Virus record (IMG/VR): IMGVR_UViG_3300037418_002332
DNA: 64,000 nt
DNA from: a virus
Taxonomy: Duplodnaviria > Caudoviricetes
Direction: 5' to 3' (one strand)
In this document: positions 26,959 to 36,753 of the stretch, piece after piece
Layout of the letters: every line of letters starts with the position of its first letter
How positions within the stretch are numbered: the stretch's first letter is position 1
Notes under the pieces: generated by a model
What the model was told of the DNA's origin: nothing
What the model saw: only the letters and a program-made list of their open reading frames with translations
The model's database searches: none
Translations under genes and position numbers: made by a program

Positions 26959-27760
26959 TAAATTTCAAGCAGTTGCTGGTCTCATTAAAAAACTTGTTGA
27001 AAAAGAAAATGCCAAAGTAACAAAGTATTTCAATGACATTTTGGTTGAAAAAATTGATCCAACCAGAGTTCATTTGATTGAAGGACCGCAGGGTCCTCCT
27101 GGTAAAATTGGTCCAGCAAGTAACATTCCTGGCCCTCCTGGCCCAGCTGGTCCTCCCGGTCCAATTGGTATTCCTGGACCAAAAGGTAAATCAATCAAGG
27201 GTGATCAAGGACCACAAGGAATTCCTGGACCAAAAGGTGAACCAGGTCCTCCTGGCCCAGCTGGTCCTCCTGGCCCAATTTCTGATGTTAAATCTGAAGT
27301 TACAAAAATTGAAAAAACATTGCTTGAAAAATTCCAAGCATTGAAATCTGACTTGGAAAGTAGAGTCAACTTCCTTGGAAGAAGAACTGCTTCTGGTGGT
27401 GGTTCTACTCGTATTCTGGACAATGATGATGTTGATTTCCATCAGCCTGAGGACGTTCTTGACAACTCTATTTTGCTTTATGACGCATCAATTCGTAAAT
27501 TTGTGCCTCTTAACTTGGTCACAGTTATAAATAACTTGAAAAGCGAGTTGGAATTCATGTACAATAAAGTAATTGATGACACTGGCAACATTGTCTATAT
27601 CGGTGAGACTGATCCATCTGGTCTAGATTATAATGCAGCAAATTGGAGAATCAAAAGGGTTGATCAAACTGATCCAACTGATACTCGTATTACTTGGGCC
27701 GACGGCACGACTGACTTCGACAAAGTTTGGGCAGACAGAACAACTTATACTTATTCATAA
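26951..27760 (+). CDS. Collagen-like virion protein
   Basis: About 20 Gly-X-Y triplets ([12 protein letters not shown]...GPAGPPGP), GGGS..I..DDV, C-terminal VYIGE.DP...WRIKR...W.DGT..F..VW.DR..Y.Y; overlaps the portal stop. Confidence 0.75.
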   Translation: MNNKFQAVAGLIKKLVEKENAKVTKYFNDILVEKIDPTRVHLIEGPQGPPGKIGPASNIPGPPGPAGPPGPIGIPGPKGKSIKGDQGPQGIPGPKGEPGPPGPAGPPGPISDVKSEVTKIEKTLLEKFQALKSDLESRVNFLGRRTASGGGSTRILDNDDVDFHQPEDVLDNSILLYDASIRKFVPLNLVTVINNLKSELEFMYNKVIDDTGNIVYIGETDPSGLDYNAANWRIKRVDQTDPTDTRITWADGTTDFDKVWADRTTYTYS

Positions 27761-27779
27761 CAAGAGGATTTAAAAACTT

Positions 27780-28184
27780 ATGGCACTTCAATATTCAGTA
27801 GCTGTTAGAAATGCTAGACTTGATACAGTTGAATCAACAATCGGCACTTCACCAGTTCTTCAAATCAAGTCTGGTTCAGCACCAGCAACTTGCGCAACTG
27901 CTAACTCTGGTACAATTTTGGCTTCAGCAACTTTGCCTTCCGACTGGATGGCAGCTGCGTCAGGTGGTACAAAGTCATTGTCAGGTACTTGGCAAGATAC
28001 TTCAGCTGATAACACTGGTACAGCAGCTCACTTTAGAATTTTCTCTTCAACAGGTACTTGTCACATTCAAGGTACTGTAACTGCAACTGGTGGTGGTGGT
28101 GATATGACTGTGGATAACACTTCATTCGCTTCCGGTCAATCATTCTCAGTTACAACTTTCACTTTGACTGCTGGCAACGCTTAA
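27780..28184 (+). CDS. Conserved small phage structural protein (beta-rich)
   Basis: MALQYSVAVRNARLD....IG.SP.L.I.SG..PA...TGTA.HFRI...G.V...GGDM..DNT....GQ...T.FTLT.GN; GAGG SD. Confidence 0.55.
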   Translation: MALQYSVAVRNARLDTVESTIGTSPVLQIKSGSAPATCATANSGTILASATLPSDWMAAASGGTKSLSGTWQDTSADNTGTAAHFRIFSSTGTCHIQGTVTATGGGGDMTVDNTSFASGQSFSVTTFTLTAGNA

Positions 28185-28211
28185 TTCTTTCTGAAATATT
28201 CTGTTATTATT

Positions 28212-28237
28212 TGAAGGCGGCAATTATGCCGCCTTCA
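28212..28237 (+). terminator. Intrinsic terminator
   Basis: TGAAGGCGGCA-atta-TGCCGCCTTCA-TTTTT. Confidence 0.85.
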
Positions 28238-28284
28238 TTTTTATGATTAGAATAAATAAACTGATAACATATTCAGGAAGAAAA

Positions 28285-28860
28285 ATGCCATTAGTTGATA
28301 GCAATCTCGAGTCTACATGGTTACAATTATACAGCTGTGAAATCGACGGGAAAATCGTTGGATTTGATCGTTCCGCCAAACAACAGTATTTTGGTAATGA
28401 TCATATGATCCTTAAAGATGCTCTCCAACTTACTCCTGAAGATGGCATAGTATTAATTGGTGGAGCATTTGGTTGGGTAGCAGAAGATTGGATCGCTACT
28501 GGTCTTTCTGTAATTGTTACCGATACTTCTACATGGATTCAAGCTCACAAAGCTGAACAAGCTACAATTCCAATTCTTTTTGAATCATCTCTTACACCGG
28601 AATCTAGAGCAACTATTGCGGAAGCAATGGGTCGCCCAATTACAGTTGTCATTACTGAAGATGTACTTCCCAATTTGACTGATAATGAATGTGTTGAATT
28701 GTCAAATGCTATGCGTTTGATGTCACAAAATGTTGTTCATTGGGTATCATGTGCAACACCAAGTTCAGGCGGTGGATTGAATTGGAAGACTGCAGATGAG
28801 TGGAAGCAATTACTTGGTCCTGACCGCATCGTTCGTCGCGGCACAAGTGAGGTGATCTAA
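28285..28860 (+). CDS. Class I SAM-dependent methyltransferase-like protein
   Basis: IVLIGGAFGW (motif I-like), V..TDTS.W (motif II), VVITEDVLPNL.D.E, NWKT..EWK.LL; AATAAATA at 28251-28258 upstream; start set to ATG 28285 after AGGA. Confidence 0.45.
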   Translation: MPLVDSNLESTWLQLYSCEIDGKIVGFDRSAKQQYFGNDHMILKDALQLTPEDGIVLIGGAFGWVAEDWIATGLSVIVTDTSTWIQAHKAEQATIPILFESSLTPESRATIAEAMGRPITVVITEDVLPNLTDNECVELSNAMRLMSQNVVHWVSCATPSSGGGLNWKTADEWKQLLGPDRIVRRGTSEVI

Positions 28861-31800
28861 TGGCATTACCTGTAACAATTACTGGCATTGATACTGCCGT
28901 TAATCCAGTTGGCCCATTCAGGTCATCTGCTGGTAACTATTATTTCTTCGGTAAAGATAGCACCACCGCAACGACATTACAGGCTTTCAAATCTACGGCA
29001 CCAACCTCTTCTTGGTCAAGTGCTGCAACAAAAACTGGTTTTACTACTGGTGTTCAAGCTATTTCAGGTTTCCAGGTAGCTGATGTTATTCATCTAGCTG
29101 TAACAGATGGTGCAACTACATCTGTTAACTTCAAATATGTCACCTACAATATGTCGACTGATGCTTTCGGCACAACCGAAACAATCACATCAGCACTGAA
29201 TACCCAAACTAACGGACTTGTTAACGCTTACGGAAACTCTATCGCTGTTCGTTCTGATGGTACAGTTGTAGTTCTTCACCAAGGTGCTCGTGTTGTCAGC
29301 ATGAGCAACTCGTACTCACGTACTGTATATTCAAGACGTGCAACGAACGGAACATGGACAGCAAACATTGCTGTCGATGCTGGTGGTGCATTTGATGGCC
29401 TTGTATTTGACACTGCAGTAGGTACAAGTGACAACGTTCACTTCATGTTTATGGCAGGTTCTGGTACTTTCTCGCAGAGAACTTTGTCCAGTGCAAACGT
29501 TCTTCAGACACAATCAACTGCAATCAATGGTGTTTCATTTACAGGATCAATTCTTGGTACTTCGGTATCATATCTGAGCACTAATCAGAGAGTTGTCTTT
29601 GGTGTTACCACTCAAGTACAGCAAACCAACTTCATTCCGGCCGGTTTCTATTTCGATTCTGGGAACACACCTACACTGACTAGTACTGTAGGCGGTGGTA
29701 CCAACACATCAACTTCACGTCTATTTCAGTATAATGGAACTGTTTACCACCTTTGGAATGTCACTGGTAACAATGCTAATATCAATTTGCACACATCAGC
29801 AGATAATGGTGCTACGTATGTTTCATCTTCAGTAGTTTACACTGGCACTTCTACTTGTAGTTTGTTTTCGCATGACGGTGCAGTTTATCAAAGCGGAAGT
29901 AACATTGTTGTTCCATATCTTATATTGGATAACGGCACATTAAAATACAATGAATACACTGTACAATATGGTTTGGCTGCTTCCATAACAGAAGCAAATG
30001 ATACAGTTTCATCAACTGCAAATCCAAAAATCACTGCCAACAATCCGGGTGGTGTTGCATTCACACAACAAGCTGCACCAAGTGCTGGCACAAAAAGTTG
30101 GCAAGCAGTAGCATCATCAACTACTGGTTCAACTGTTTGGGCAGCAGTTTATGGTGGCGGCATCTATAAATCTACCGACTATGGTGCAACTTGGGCACAA
30201 AGAGTTGGTGCTGCAAATTTCCAAGATATTTGTTCTTCCGCTAATGGCCAAGTTGTAGCAGCTGTTGATAACAATGTCGGTAACATTTGGTCAACTACTG
30301 ATGGTGTAAACTTTACAGCAAGAACTGGTGCTGGGTCAAGAGCTTGGTGGGCTATCGCTTGTTCTTCCGATGGTAGCAGAATGGTTGCTGTCATCAATGG
30401 TACAGGCTATACATATACATCGTCTGACTCAGGTGTAACTTGGACTGAACAAACTGCTGCTGGTACCAAAAACATTAACGCACTTGCGATGTCGTCAGAT
30501 GGAAGTATCGTTTATGCTTGTTATGGTGCAAGTCCTTATCGTATCTATAAATCTACTGATTATGGTGTTAATTGGACATTACTATCCAACTCACCTACAT
30601 CGTGGTGCAATGCTATTACTTGTTCTGCTGACGGAACTCAAATTTACGCTACAGTCGGTGGTGGCAACATCTATGCTTCGACTGACTCAGGATCAACTTG
30701 GAATGCATTATCAGGTGCCGGAACTGCAAATTGGGGTATGATCTCATGCAGTTCTAGTGGCACTAAAGTAATCGCTGCATCATATTCTAACAGTGTATTA
30801 ACTTCGATTGATTCTGGTGCCACTTGGACTACAAATCCAGTTGGTTCAAGTACATGGCAAGATGTCGGTATATCCCCTGACGGAAGTACATGGTTCGCAT
30901 TAGCTTATGGCAGTTACTTCTACACTGGTGCATTGAGTGCACCAAAACAAATTGTAGCAATACAACCAACATCATTTGGTGCTGCAAACTTTGGTGATAT
31001 TACAGCGGATACTGGACTTGGCCAAACGTTTATTCCTCGTTATTTGGTTCCAGGTCTTATACAAACCTCAACCATCAATGGCGGTTTAGTTTTTGGTTTT
31101 AATTCAACCTTTAAAGGTTTAGCACAAGCTATCACGCCTGCTACCAATTCTACAGTTGATCGTATAACTTTCAATATGTACAAAACTGGTACTCCAACAG
31201 ATAATGTTTGGGTAGAACTTCGAGATAATACTGGAGCATCAATTATTGCCACATCAAATACTGTGGCAGGTTCTTCAATCAATTCTGGTTCATCTAGTAG
31301 TCAAGACATTCAATTTACTTTTGCGTCTCCACCAACGTTGAATGCAGGTACAACCTACATTTTGTTGGTTCAACGTAGTGGTGCAGTAGATTCTTCTAAT
31401 TACTATTCTATTAACGCTGATTACACAAATCCTTATGCTGGTGGTGATTCATACTCTTGGAATGGATCTGCATACACCTTAAATGGTGGTCAAGATCTTG
31501 CATTTGCTGTCTATAGCACATCAACTGCTACAGTTGTAATTTCTGATATTACTTTGAAACTTATAAAAAATGGTTCGCCTACTGATAATCTCACTATTGA
31601 ATTGAGAGATTCGACAGGTGCTACTTTACTTGGAACATCAGATGCAATTGCTGGCGCAAGTACTTCATCAAGTACAACAGCTACAACGTTTACATTTTCA
31701 ACACCCGTCAGTATTACAGCCGGAACAACATATATGTTTGTTCTGCGAAGATCAGGTGCAGTCGATGCTTCCAATTATTGGGGTGTAGTTAGAAATAACC

Positions 31801-34800
31801 AAAATCCTTATCTGGATGGTGCTGCATACACATACAATGGCAGTACATACACCGTTATCAGTACTCCAACTGACTTAGTCTTCACTGTTAATTCACCAAT
31901 ACAAAATATTGGTAATATCACCGAAGCTGATGATACAGTTTCTGCTGTTGGTACGCAGGTTGCGTTCGATAGAAATGCAGTTGTTGCGGCGACGGAAGCA
32001 AATGATACTGTATCATCAACTTCAACACTTGCTACTCATGCTGCTGCTTCAATAACAGAAGCAGATGACACTTCATCTTCTGCATCAACTATTACATTAA
32101 AAGCGAATGCGTCAATTACGGAAGCAAATGATACTGTTTCGTCAACTTCTGCAATTGCTATCAAAGCAGCTTCAACAGTAACTGAAGCAAATGATACTGT
32201 ATCTGCTATAGTACAGTTGACACCTATTGCTGGTGTTGCTTCAATAACAGAAGCTGATGACTCTGTTAGTTCAACTTCAACGAATTTGACTCATGGTAAT
32301 GCTTCTATAACGGAAGCAGGTGATACGTCAACTTCAGCATCAACTCTCTCTTTGAAATCTGTTGCTACAATAACAGAAGCAGATGATACTGTTTCGTCAA
32401 CTTCTGCAATTGCTATCAAAGCAGTTTCAACAGTAACTGAAGCAAATGACACTATCGTTTCCGCCTCTGCAATTGCTATCAAAGCCAATGCTTCCGTAAC
32501 AGAAGCTAACGATACTATTTCGTCTACCAGCACACTTGTAATCAAAGCAACATCAGCGTCAGTTATCTCTCAAACTGATGACTCTCAGAGTGTTGGTATA
32601 GGTCGAGATACTTCAACTCAATCTATAAATCAAACAATAATTCCGCCAGCGAACATCAATCTTAACTCGATTACGCTTGAAATTTCTAAAATTGTTGCAC
32701 CAACAGATGATTGGTTTGTTGAGGTTCGTAGTGGCGACGGTGCCACATTAATCGCAACATCAAATGCGTTTAATGCATCTAGTATAGTTTCAGGTTTCAA
32801 CACATTTACATTTGCTTCACCAGTAGCGCTGACCGGTGGAACCACTTATATGCTTAGATTGAGAAGAACTACACTTAACTTCTCAAATTACTTGATTGTG
32901 TGGTATTCATACCCGTCACTATATCCATATGGTGAAGCATACATCTATGATGGTTCAAATTATAATTTGCTAGATGGCGACTTGTATTTCAAGTTGAACA
33001 CAGTTGGTGTAATCATTGAATCGAATGATACTGTTTCGTCAACAACAACCATTGCGATCAAAGGTTCGGCCTCGAACACAGAAGCAGGAGACACGGTATC
33101 ATCAACCGCAAAACTGCTAATCTATGCCAATCTCAGCAAAGGTTACTATCAAACCAATTCTGGCGATTTAAATTTTAACTGGTCTGGTGGTTCGGCGGTA
33201 TCTGGTGACAAATCTATCATGCTTGCTGCGGCGTGGGAAGATACTGTTGGCTATCCATGGATTTCGACAGATCGTGGTAATTCGTGGACAGAATTGAATA
33301 GCAATGGTCTGCCTTCTGCTAATTATCAGCAGGGTAGTGTGGCGTCATCTTATGACGGCAACCTGCTTGTCGCAGTTGCCAATAACAGCGACGTTTATAT
33401 TTCCACTAATCGTGGCGTAACATGGACATTATCTGTTTCGTATACTTCTGTAACTGGTCTAGAGATATCCGCTGATGGCAGTACGATTTATGTCTCGCCT
33501 AATAGTGGTGTGTATGTCTCAACTAATAGTGGAGCAACATGGAACGCTGGAACAGGAATTTCCGGTGCCTTCCGTGGTGTTTCCTGCTCTAGCAATGGTG
33601 TAATCGCTTACGTTTATTCCGGCACTCAACTGTGGAAAACTATAGATTCGGGTGCGACATGGACACAAAATACTACGATTGACGCACTTGTTGATGCAAA
33701 CTCTCTTGTCTGCTCTGATGATGGCTTGTTTGTTGGGGTAATCGATGAACCTTCATGGCCAAATGCAAACTACAATCGTTCATTTGATGGTGGTGTAACG
33801 TGGACTACATCCTCTCCATTTTCTCATGGATTTAAGATTGGTGCGTCACAAGACGGCTCAATTCAGTATGCTCTTGGTGCTATTGGCGCTGATCCTGCTA
33901 CACTAATAACATCAATCGATTATGGTGTAACGTGGACTGGCGTTGGCACTCCTATTGGCAACATCACCAATTATCAAATGTCAGTTTCGGCCGATGGCCG
34001 TTTTATGTTCTTTTTGAATGATGATGATTGGACATTCTATGCTTATGATCTTGTCAGTCCAATTACAGAAGCCGACGATACCGTATCATCAACATCTGTA
34101 CTTGCAATCAAGGCAACAACAGATAGTGTAACTGGTGCTGTCAATGTATTGCTTGCTAATGATAACGGCTTTAGTTGGGTATATCCATTAGTTTCTGGTG
34201 ATGGATCAGTATTCATGGTGATGGCAAGTTCTGCACCATGGGCATCTTATGATCGAGGTGCAACTTGGGCTGCACTGACTGGCGCACCAAATCTACAATG
34301 GAATGTTGGTGGATCGTCATATGACGGTAATGTGATTATCGGTGGTGCATGGGCATCAACAACTCACCTGTACAAATCTACCGATAAAGGCGCTACGTGG
34401 ACAGGCATCCCAGCTACGCTGACCAATGCATCGCATGGTGGTACATGGTCTGCAATCGGAGTTTCAGGTGATGGCAATGTGATTGTTGCTGGTGAAGCTG
34501 GCACAACCAACATCATCTTGTCCAATAATGGCGGCACGTCTTGGACACAAAAGACTGGATTTGGCGGCGATTCTACTTGGAAGGGTAACGATTTTGCGCT
34601 GTCAAACGATGGTTCTATCATTTATGCAACTTTCCTAAAAGGTGATATCACCACTGGAAAGTTATATAAGTCTACAGACTCAGGAGCAACGTGGAGCGAA
34701 CTGACTTCTGCTGGAACACATGCGTGGGCGGAAGTTGCGTGTTCATCAAATGGATCTTACGTAACAGTTACAGCTTATGGTAGCCTAGCATACCGTTCAT

Positions 34801-36710
34801 CTGACGGCGGTTCTACTTGGACGCAAATTACTGATGCAGCAACAAATGTGTATGGTGTTGCTGTATCGTCAGATGGTTCAATTCAGTACATTTCTGCAAA
34901 TGACAGCGTAATTCGTTCTACAAATTTCGGTGCAACTTGGACACAGGAAACTGGTACTGATACACCATACAATGACTACATCGCTGCGACTGCAGATGGT
35001 AGTGCATCTTTGTGGATCAACTACGACACCTATTATCTTGAAGGTTTCCAACAAATATCCACTCATCTTGTCGAACAGGATGACACAATCAGCTCAACTG
35101 CTGTGTTGATCAATGGTGTTACAGCAAATGCTTCTATTACAGAAGCTAATGATACTATATCATCTGTTGCCCATAATCCAATTGTTGGTCTTGTTTCTAA
35201 TAGTGAAGCAAGTGACTCAGTTAGTTCAACTGCAACAATTCAAATCAAAGCTGTTGTAACTATCACAGAAGCAAATGACACTGCTGGTTCAGCATCTGTT
35301 CTACCAATCAAGGGCGCAGAATCAAACGCGGAAGCTGATGATACAATTTCATCAACTGCAATTCTGTTGCTTAAAGCTGCATCTACAGTAACTGAAGCGA
35401 ACGATACTTCTACATCAACCGCAGTCATCACCATAAAAGCAAATGCTTCAAATACAGAAGCAAATGATAGCATTTCTTCAACTTCTGTTCTTCCGAACAA
35501 GGCTGCGAGTGCTGTAACGGAAACTGATGATAGCATTTCTTCAACTTCTGTGTTGCCGATCAAAGCGGTTGCGATCGTTACAGAAGCTGATGATATAGAA
35601 TCATCAGTTGCTCATAATCCAATTGTTGGTACAGCTTCTGATACGGAAGCAGATGATGCTATATCATTTACTGGTGTTCTTCCGATTAAAGCTACTTCAG
35701 GAGTCACTGAGGCAAATGATACTGTAAGTTCAACAAGTACAATTTTGATTAAAGCAGCTGCTTCTATCACTGAAGCGAACGATAGTATTGCATCAACTGC
35801 AATCCTGCCAATTCTAGCTGTTTCAAACAATACTGAAGCAAACGATAGCATTTCTTCAACAAGTTCTGCTCCTGTATTAGCTGTATTGAATTCTGTTGAA
35901 GCGAACGATAGCGTCAACTTCGCTTCAGTGATTACTTTGAAGGCAAATGCTTCAATTACTGAAGAAGATGATAGTCTAAGTGCTTCCGCAGTTAAATTCA
36001 ATCCTGGTGAAGCAGTTGCAAATATAACTGAAGATGATGATACAGTCAATTCAACTTCATTTATTACTTTGAAAGGCGCATTGGCTGTCACTGAATTAAG
36101 TGATACGTCAAGTTCAACTGCAACTTTGAAGATTGTTGCTGCTTCCGCAAATTCAGAAGCAAGTGACACCATTTCATCCACTTCTGCTTTGTTGGTTAAA
36201 GCAAATGCATCAAATGCGGAAGCAAATGATTCAGTAGCATCTACCTCAATTGTTCAAATTAGAGCAGCGGCAAGTATTACTGAAGCAAGTGATATTGTTT
36301 CAAGTGATACTCAATCAAGTATATTTGCCACAGTCAACGTTATTGAAGATGACGATATTGCTTCAATTTCTTCAAGATTGTCAATCAATTCATCAGCTGA
36401 TCTATTTGAAGATGACGATATCGTAAGTTCTACTGCAAATGTTGATGTTGTAGCTGGTGAAACTACTGTTGAAGATGACGACATCATCTTGGCAATAGGT
36501 GAATTGGTCATTCAGGCTGTTTCCGAAAATGTTGATGATGACGATACAATCGCTTCAATTGGAAAACTTTTGATTCTAGCAACTTCTGATATCATTGAAG
36601 AAAATGATCATGTAGATGCGCAAAATCAAAGATTTGGAACTTGGATTACAGCAGAAACATCCAAAAATCCAAAGACTGTTAAAACACTATACTATGCTGA
36701 CATATTGTAA
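28860..36710 (+). CDS. Giant (2616 aa) fibre/adhesin-like virion protein with BNR/Asp-box propellers, beta-sandwich repeats and about 39 copies of a 21-aa repeat
   Basis: Numerous S.D.G.TW Asp boxes in three clusters; three copies of a (G.)PTD...VE.R...GA...TS...FTF..P.....GTTY domain; repeated TE(A)(N/D)DT(V/I)SS units. Confidence 0.75.
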   Translation: MALPVTITGIDTAVNPVGPFRSSAGNYYFFGKDSTTATTLQAFKSTAPTSSWSSAATKTGFTTGVQAISGFQVADVIHLAVTDGATTSVNFKYVTYNMSTDAFGTTETITSALNTQTNGLVNAYGNSIAVRSDGTVVVLHQGARVVSMSNSYSRTVYSRRATNGTWTANIAVDAGGAFDGLVFDTAVGTSDNVHFMFMAGSGTFSQRTLSSANVLQTQSTAINGVSFTGSILGTSVSYLSTNQRVVFGVTTQVQQTNFIPAGFYFDSGNTPTLTSTVGGGTNTSTSRLFQYNGTVYHLWNVTGNNANINLHTSADNGATYVSSSVVYTGTSTCSLFSHDGAVYQSGSNIVVPYLILDNGTLKYNEYTVQYGLAASITEANDTVSSTANPKITANNPGGVAFTQQAAPSAGTKSWQAVASSTTGSTVWAAVYGGGIYKSTDYGATWAQRVGAANFQDICSSANGQVVAAVDNNVGNIWSTTDGVNFTARTGAGSRAWWAIACSSDGSRMVAVINGTGYTYTSSDSGVTWTEQTAAGTKNINALAMSSDGSIVYACYGASPYRIYKSTDYGVNWTLLSNSPTSWCNAITCSADGTQIYATVGGGNIYASTDSGSTWNALSGAGTANWGMISCSSSGTKVIAASYSNSVLTSIDSGATWTTNPVGSSTWQDVGISPDGSTWFALAYGSYFYTGALSAPKQIVAIQPTSFGAANFGDITADTGLGQTFIPRYLVPGLIQTSTINGGLVFGFNSTFKGLAQAITPATNSTVDRITFNMYKTGTPTDNVWVELRDNTGASIIATSNTVAGSSINSGSSSSQDIQFTFASPPTLNAGTTYILLVQRSGAVDSSNYYSINADYTNPYAGGDSYSWNGSAYTLNGGQDLAFAVYSTSTATVVISDITLKLIKNGSPTDNLTIELRDSTGATLLGTSDAIAGASTSSSTTATTFTFSTPVSITAGTTYMFVLRRSGAVDASNYWGVVRNNQNPYLDGAAYTYNGSTYTVISTPTDLVFTVNSPIQNIGNITEADDTVSAVGTQVAFDRNAVVAATEANDTVSSTSTLATHAAASITEADDTSSSASTITLKANASITEANDTVSSTSAIAIKAASTVTEANDTVSAIVQLTPIAGVASITEADDSVSSTSTNLTHGNASITEAGDTSTSASTLSLKSVATITEADDTVSSTSAIAIKAVSTVTEANDTIVSASAIAIKANASVTEANDTISSTSTLVIKATSASVISQTDDSQSVGIGRDTSTQSINQTIIPPANINLNSITLEISKIVAPTDDWFVEVRSGDGATLIATSNAFNASSIVSGFNTFTFASPVALTGGTTYMLRLRRTTLNFSNYLIVWYSYPSLYPYGEAYIYDGSNYNLLDGDLYFKLNTVGVIIESNDTVSSTTTIAIKGSASNTEAGDTVSSTAKLLIYANLSKGYYQTNSGDLNFNWSGGSAVSGDKSIMLAAAWEDTVGYPWISTDRGNSWTELNSNGLPSANYQQGSVASSYDGNLLVAVANNSDVYISTNRGVTWTLSVSYTSVTGLEISADGSTIYVSPNSGVYVSTNSGATWNAGTGISGAFRGVSCSSNGVIAYVYSGTQLWKTIDSGATWTQNTTIDALVDANSLVCSDDGLFVGVIDEPSWPNANYNRSFDGGVTWTTSSPFSHGFKIGASQDGSIQYALGAIGADPATLITSIDYGVTWTGVGTPIGNITNYQMSVSADGRFMFFLNDDDWTFYAYDLVSPITEADDTVSSTSVLAIKATTDSVTGAVNVLLANDNGFSWVYPLVSGDGSVFMVMASSAPWASYDRGATWAALTGAPNLQWNVGGSSYDGNVIIGGAWASTTHLYKSTDKGATWTGIPATLTNASHGGTWSAIGVSGDGNVIVAGEAGTTNIILSNNGGTSWTQKTGFGGDSTWKGNDFALSNDGSIIYATFLKGDITTGKLYKSTDSGATWSELTSAGTHAWAEVACSSNGSYVTVTAYGSLAYRSSDGGSTWTQITDAATNVYGVAVSSDGSIQYISANDSVIRSTNFGATWTQETGTDTPYNDYIAATADGSASLWINYDTYYLEGFQQISTHLVEQDDTISSTAVLINGVTANASITEANDTISSVAHNPIVGLVSNSEASDSVSSTATIQIKAVVTITEANDTAGSASVLPIKGAESNAEADDTISSTAILLLKAASTVTEANDTSTSTAVITIKANASNTEANDSISSTSVLPNKAASAVTETDDSISSTSVLPIKAVAIVTEADDIESSVAHNPIVGTASDTEADDAISFTGVLPIKATSGVTEANDTVSSTSTILIKAAASITEANDSIASTAILPILAVSNNTEANDSISSTSSAPVLAVLNSVEANDSVNFASVITLKANASITEEDDSLSASAVKFNPGEAVANITEDDDTVNSTSFITLKGALAVTELSDTSSSTATLKIVAASANSEASDTISSTSALLVKANASNAEANDSVASTSIVQIRAAASITEASDIVSSDTQSSIFATVNVIEDDDIASISSRLSINSSADLFEDDDIVSSTANVDVVAGETTVEDDDIILAIGELVIQAVSENVDDDDTIASIGKLLILATSDIIEENDHVDAQNQRFGTWITAETSKNPKTVKTLYYADIL
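31910..36620 (+). repeat. 63-nt (21-aa) tandem repeat tracts, interrupted by globular domains
   Basis: e.g. SITEANDTVSSTSAIAIKAAS; tracts at about 31910-32550, 33010-33130, 34060-34110 and 35060-36620, plus one copy near 29980. Confidence 0.85.
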
Positions 36711-36712
36711 AA

Positions 36713-36720
36713 ACTAAATA
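36713..36720 (+). promoter_or_regulatory. Late promoter variant ACTAAATA
   Basis: Immediately after the giant gene stop, upstream of the prohead core gene. Confidence 0.5.
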
Positions 36721-36753
36721 ATTCAAGAATAAGATTTAGGAGTCCAAATCAAC

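Noticed and set aside
31910-36620. ITE|A repeats as dozens of gp21 cleavage sites
   Set aside because: They match (I/L/V)xE formally, but the strict 21-aa beta-type periodicity and the propeller cargo suggest an external structural shaft. Virion N-terminomics would settle it.
28860-36710. Giant adhesin as a diversity-generating retroelement target
   Set aside because: No reverse transcriptase in the window and no repeat pair with adenine-specific mismatches; the 67-nt duplicate differs by C/T.
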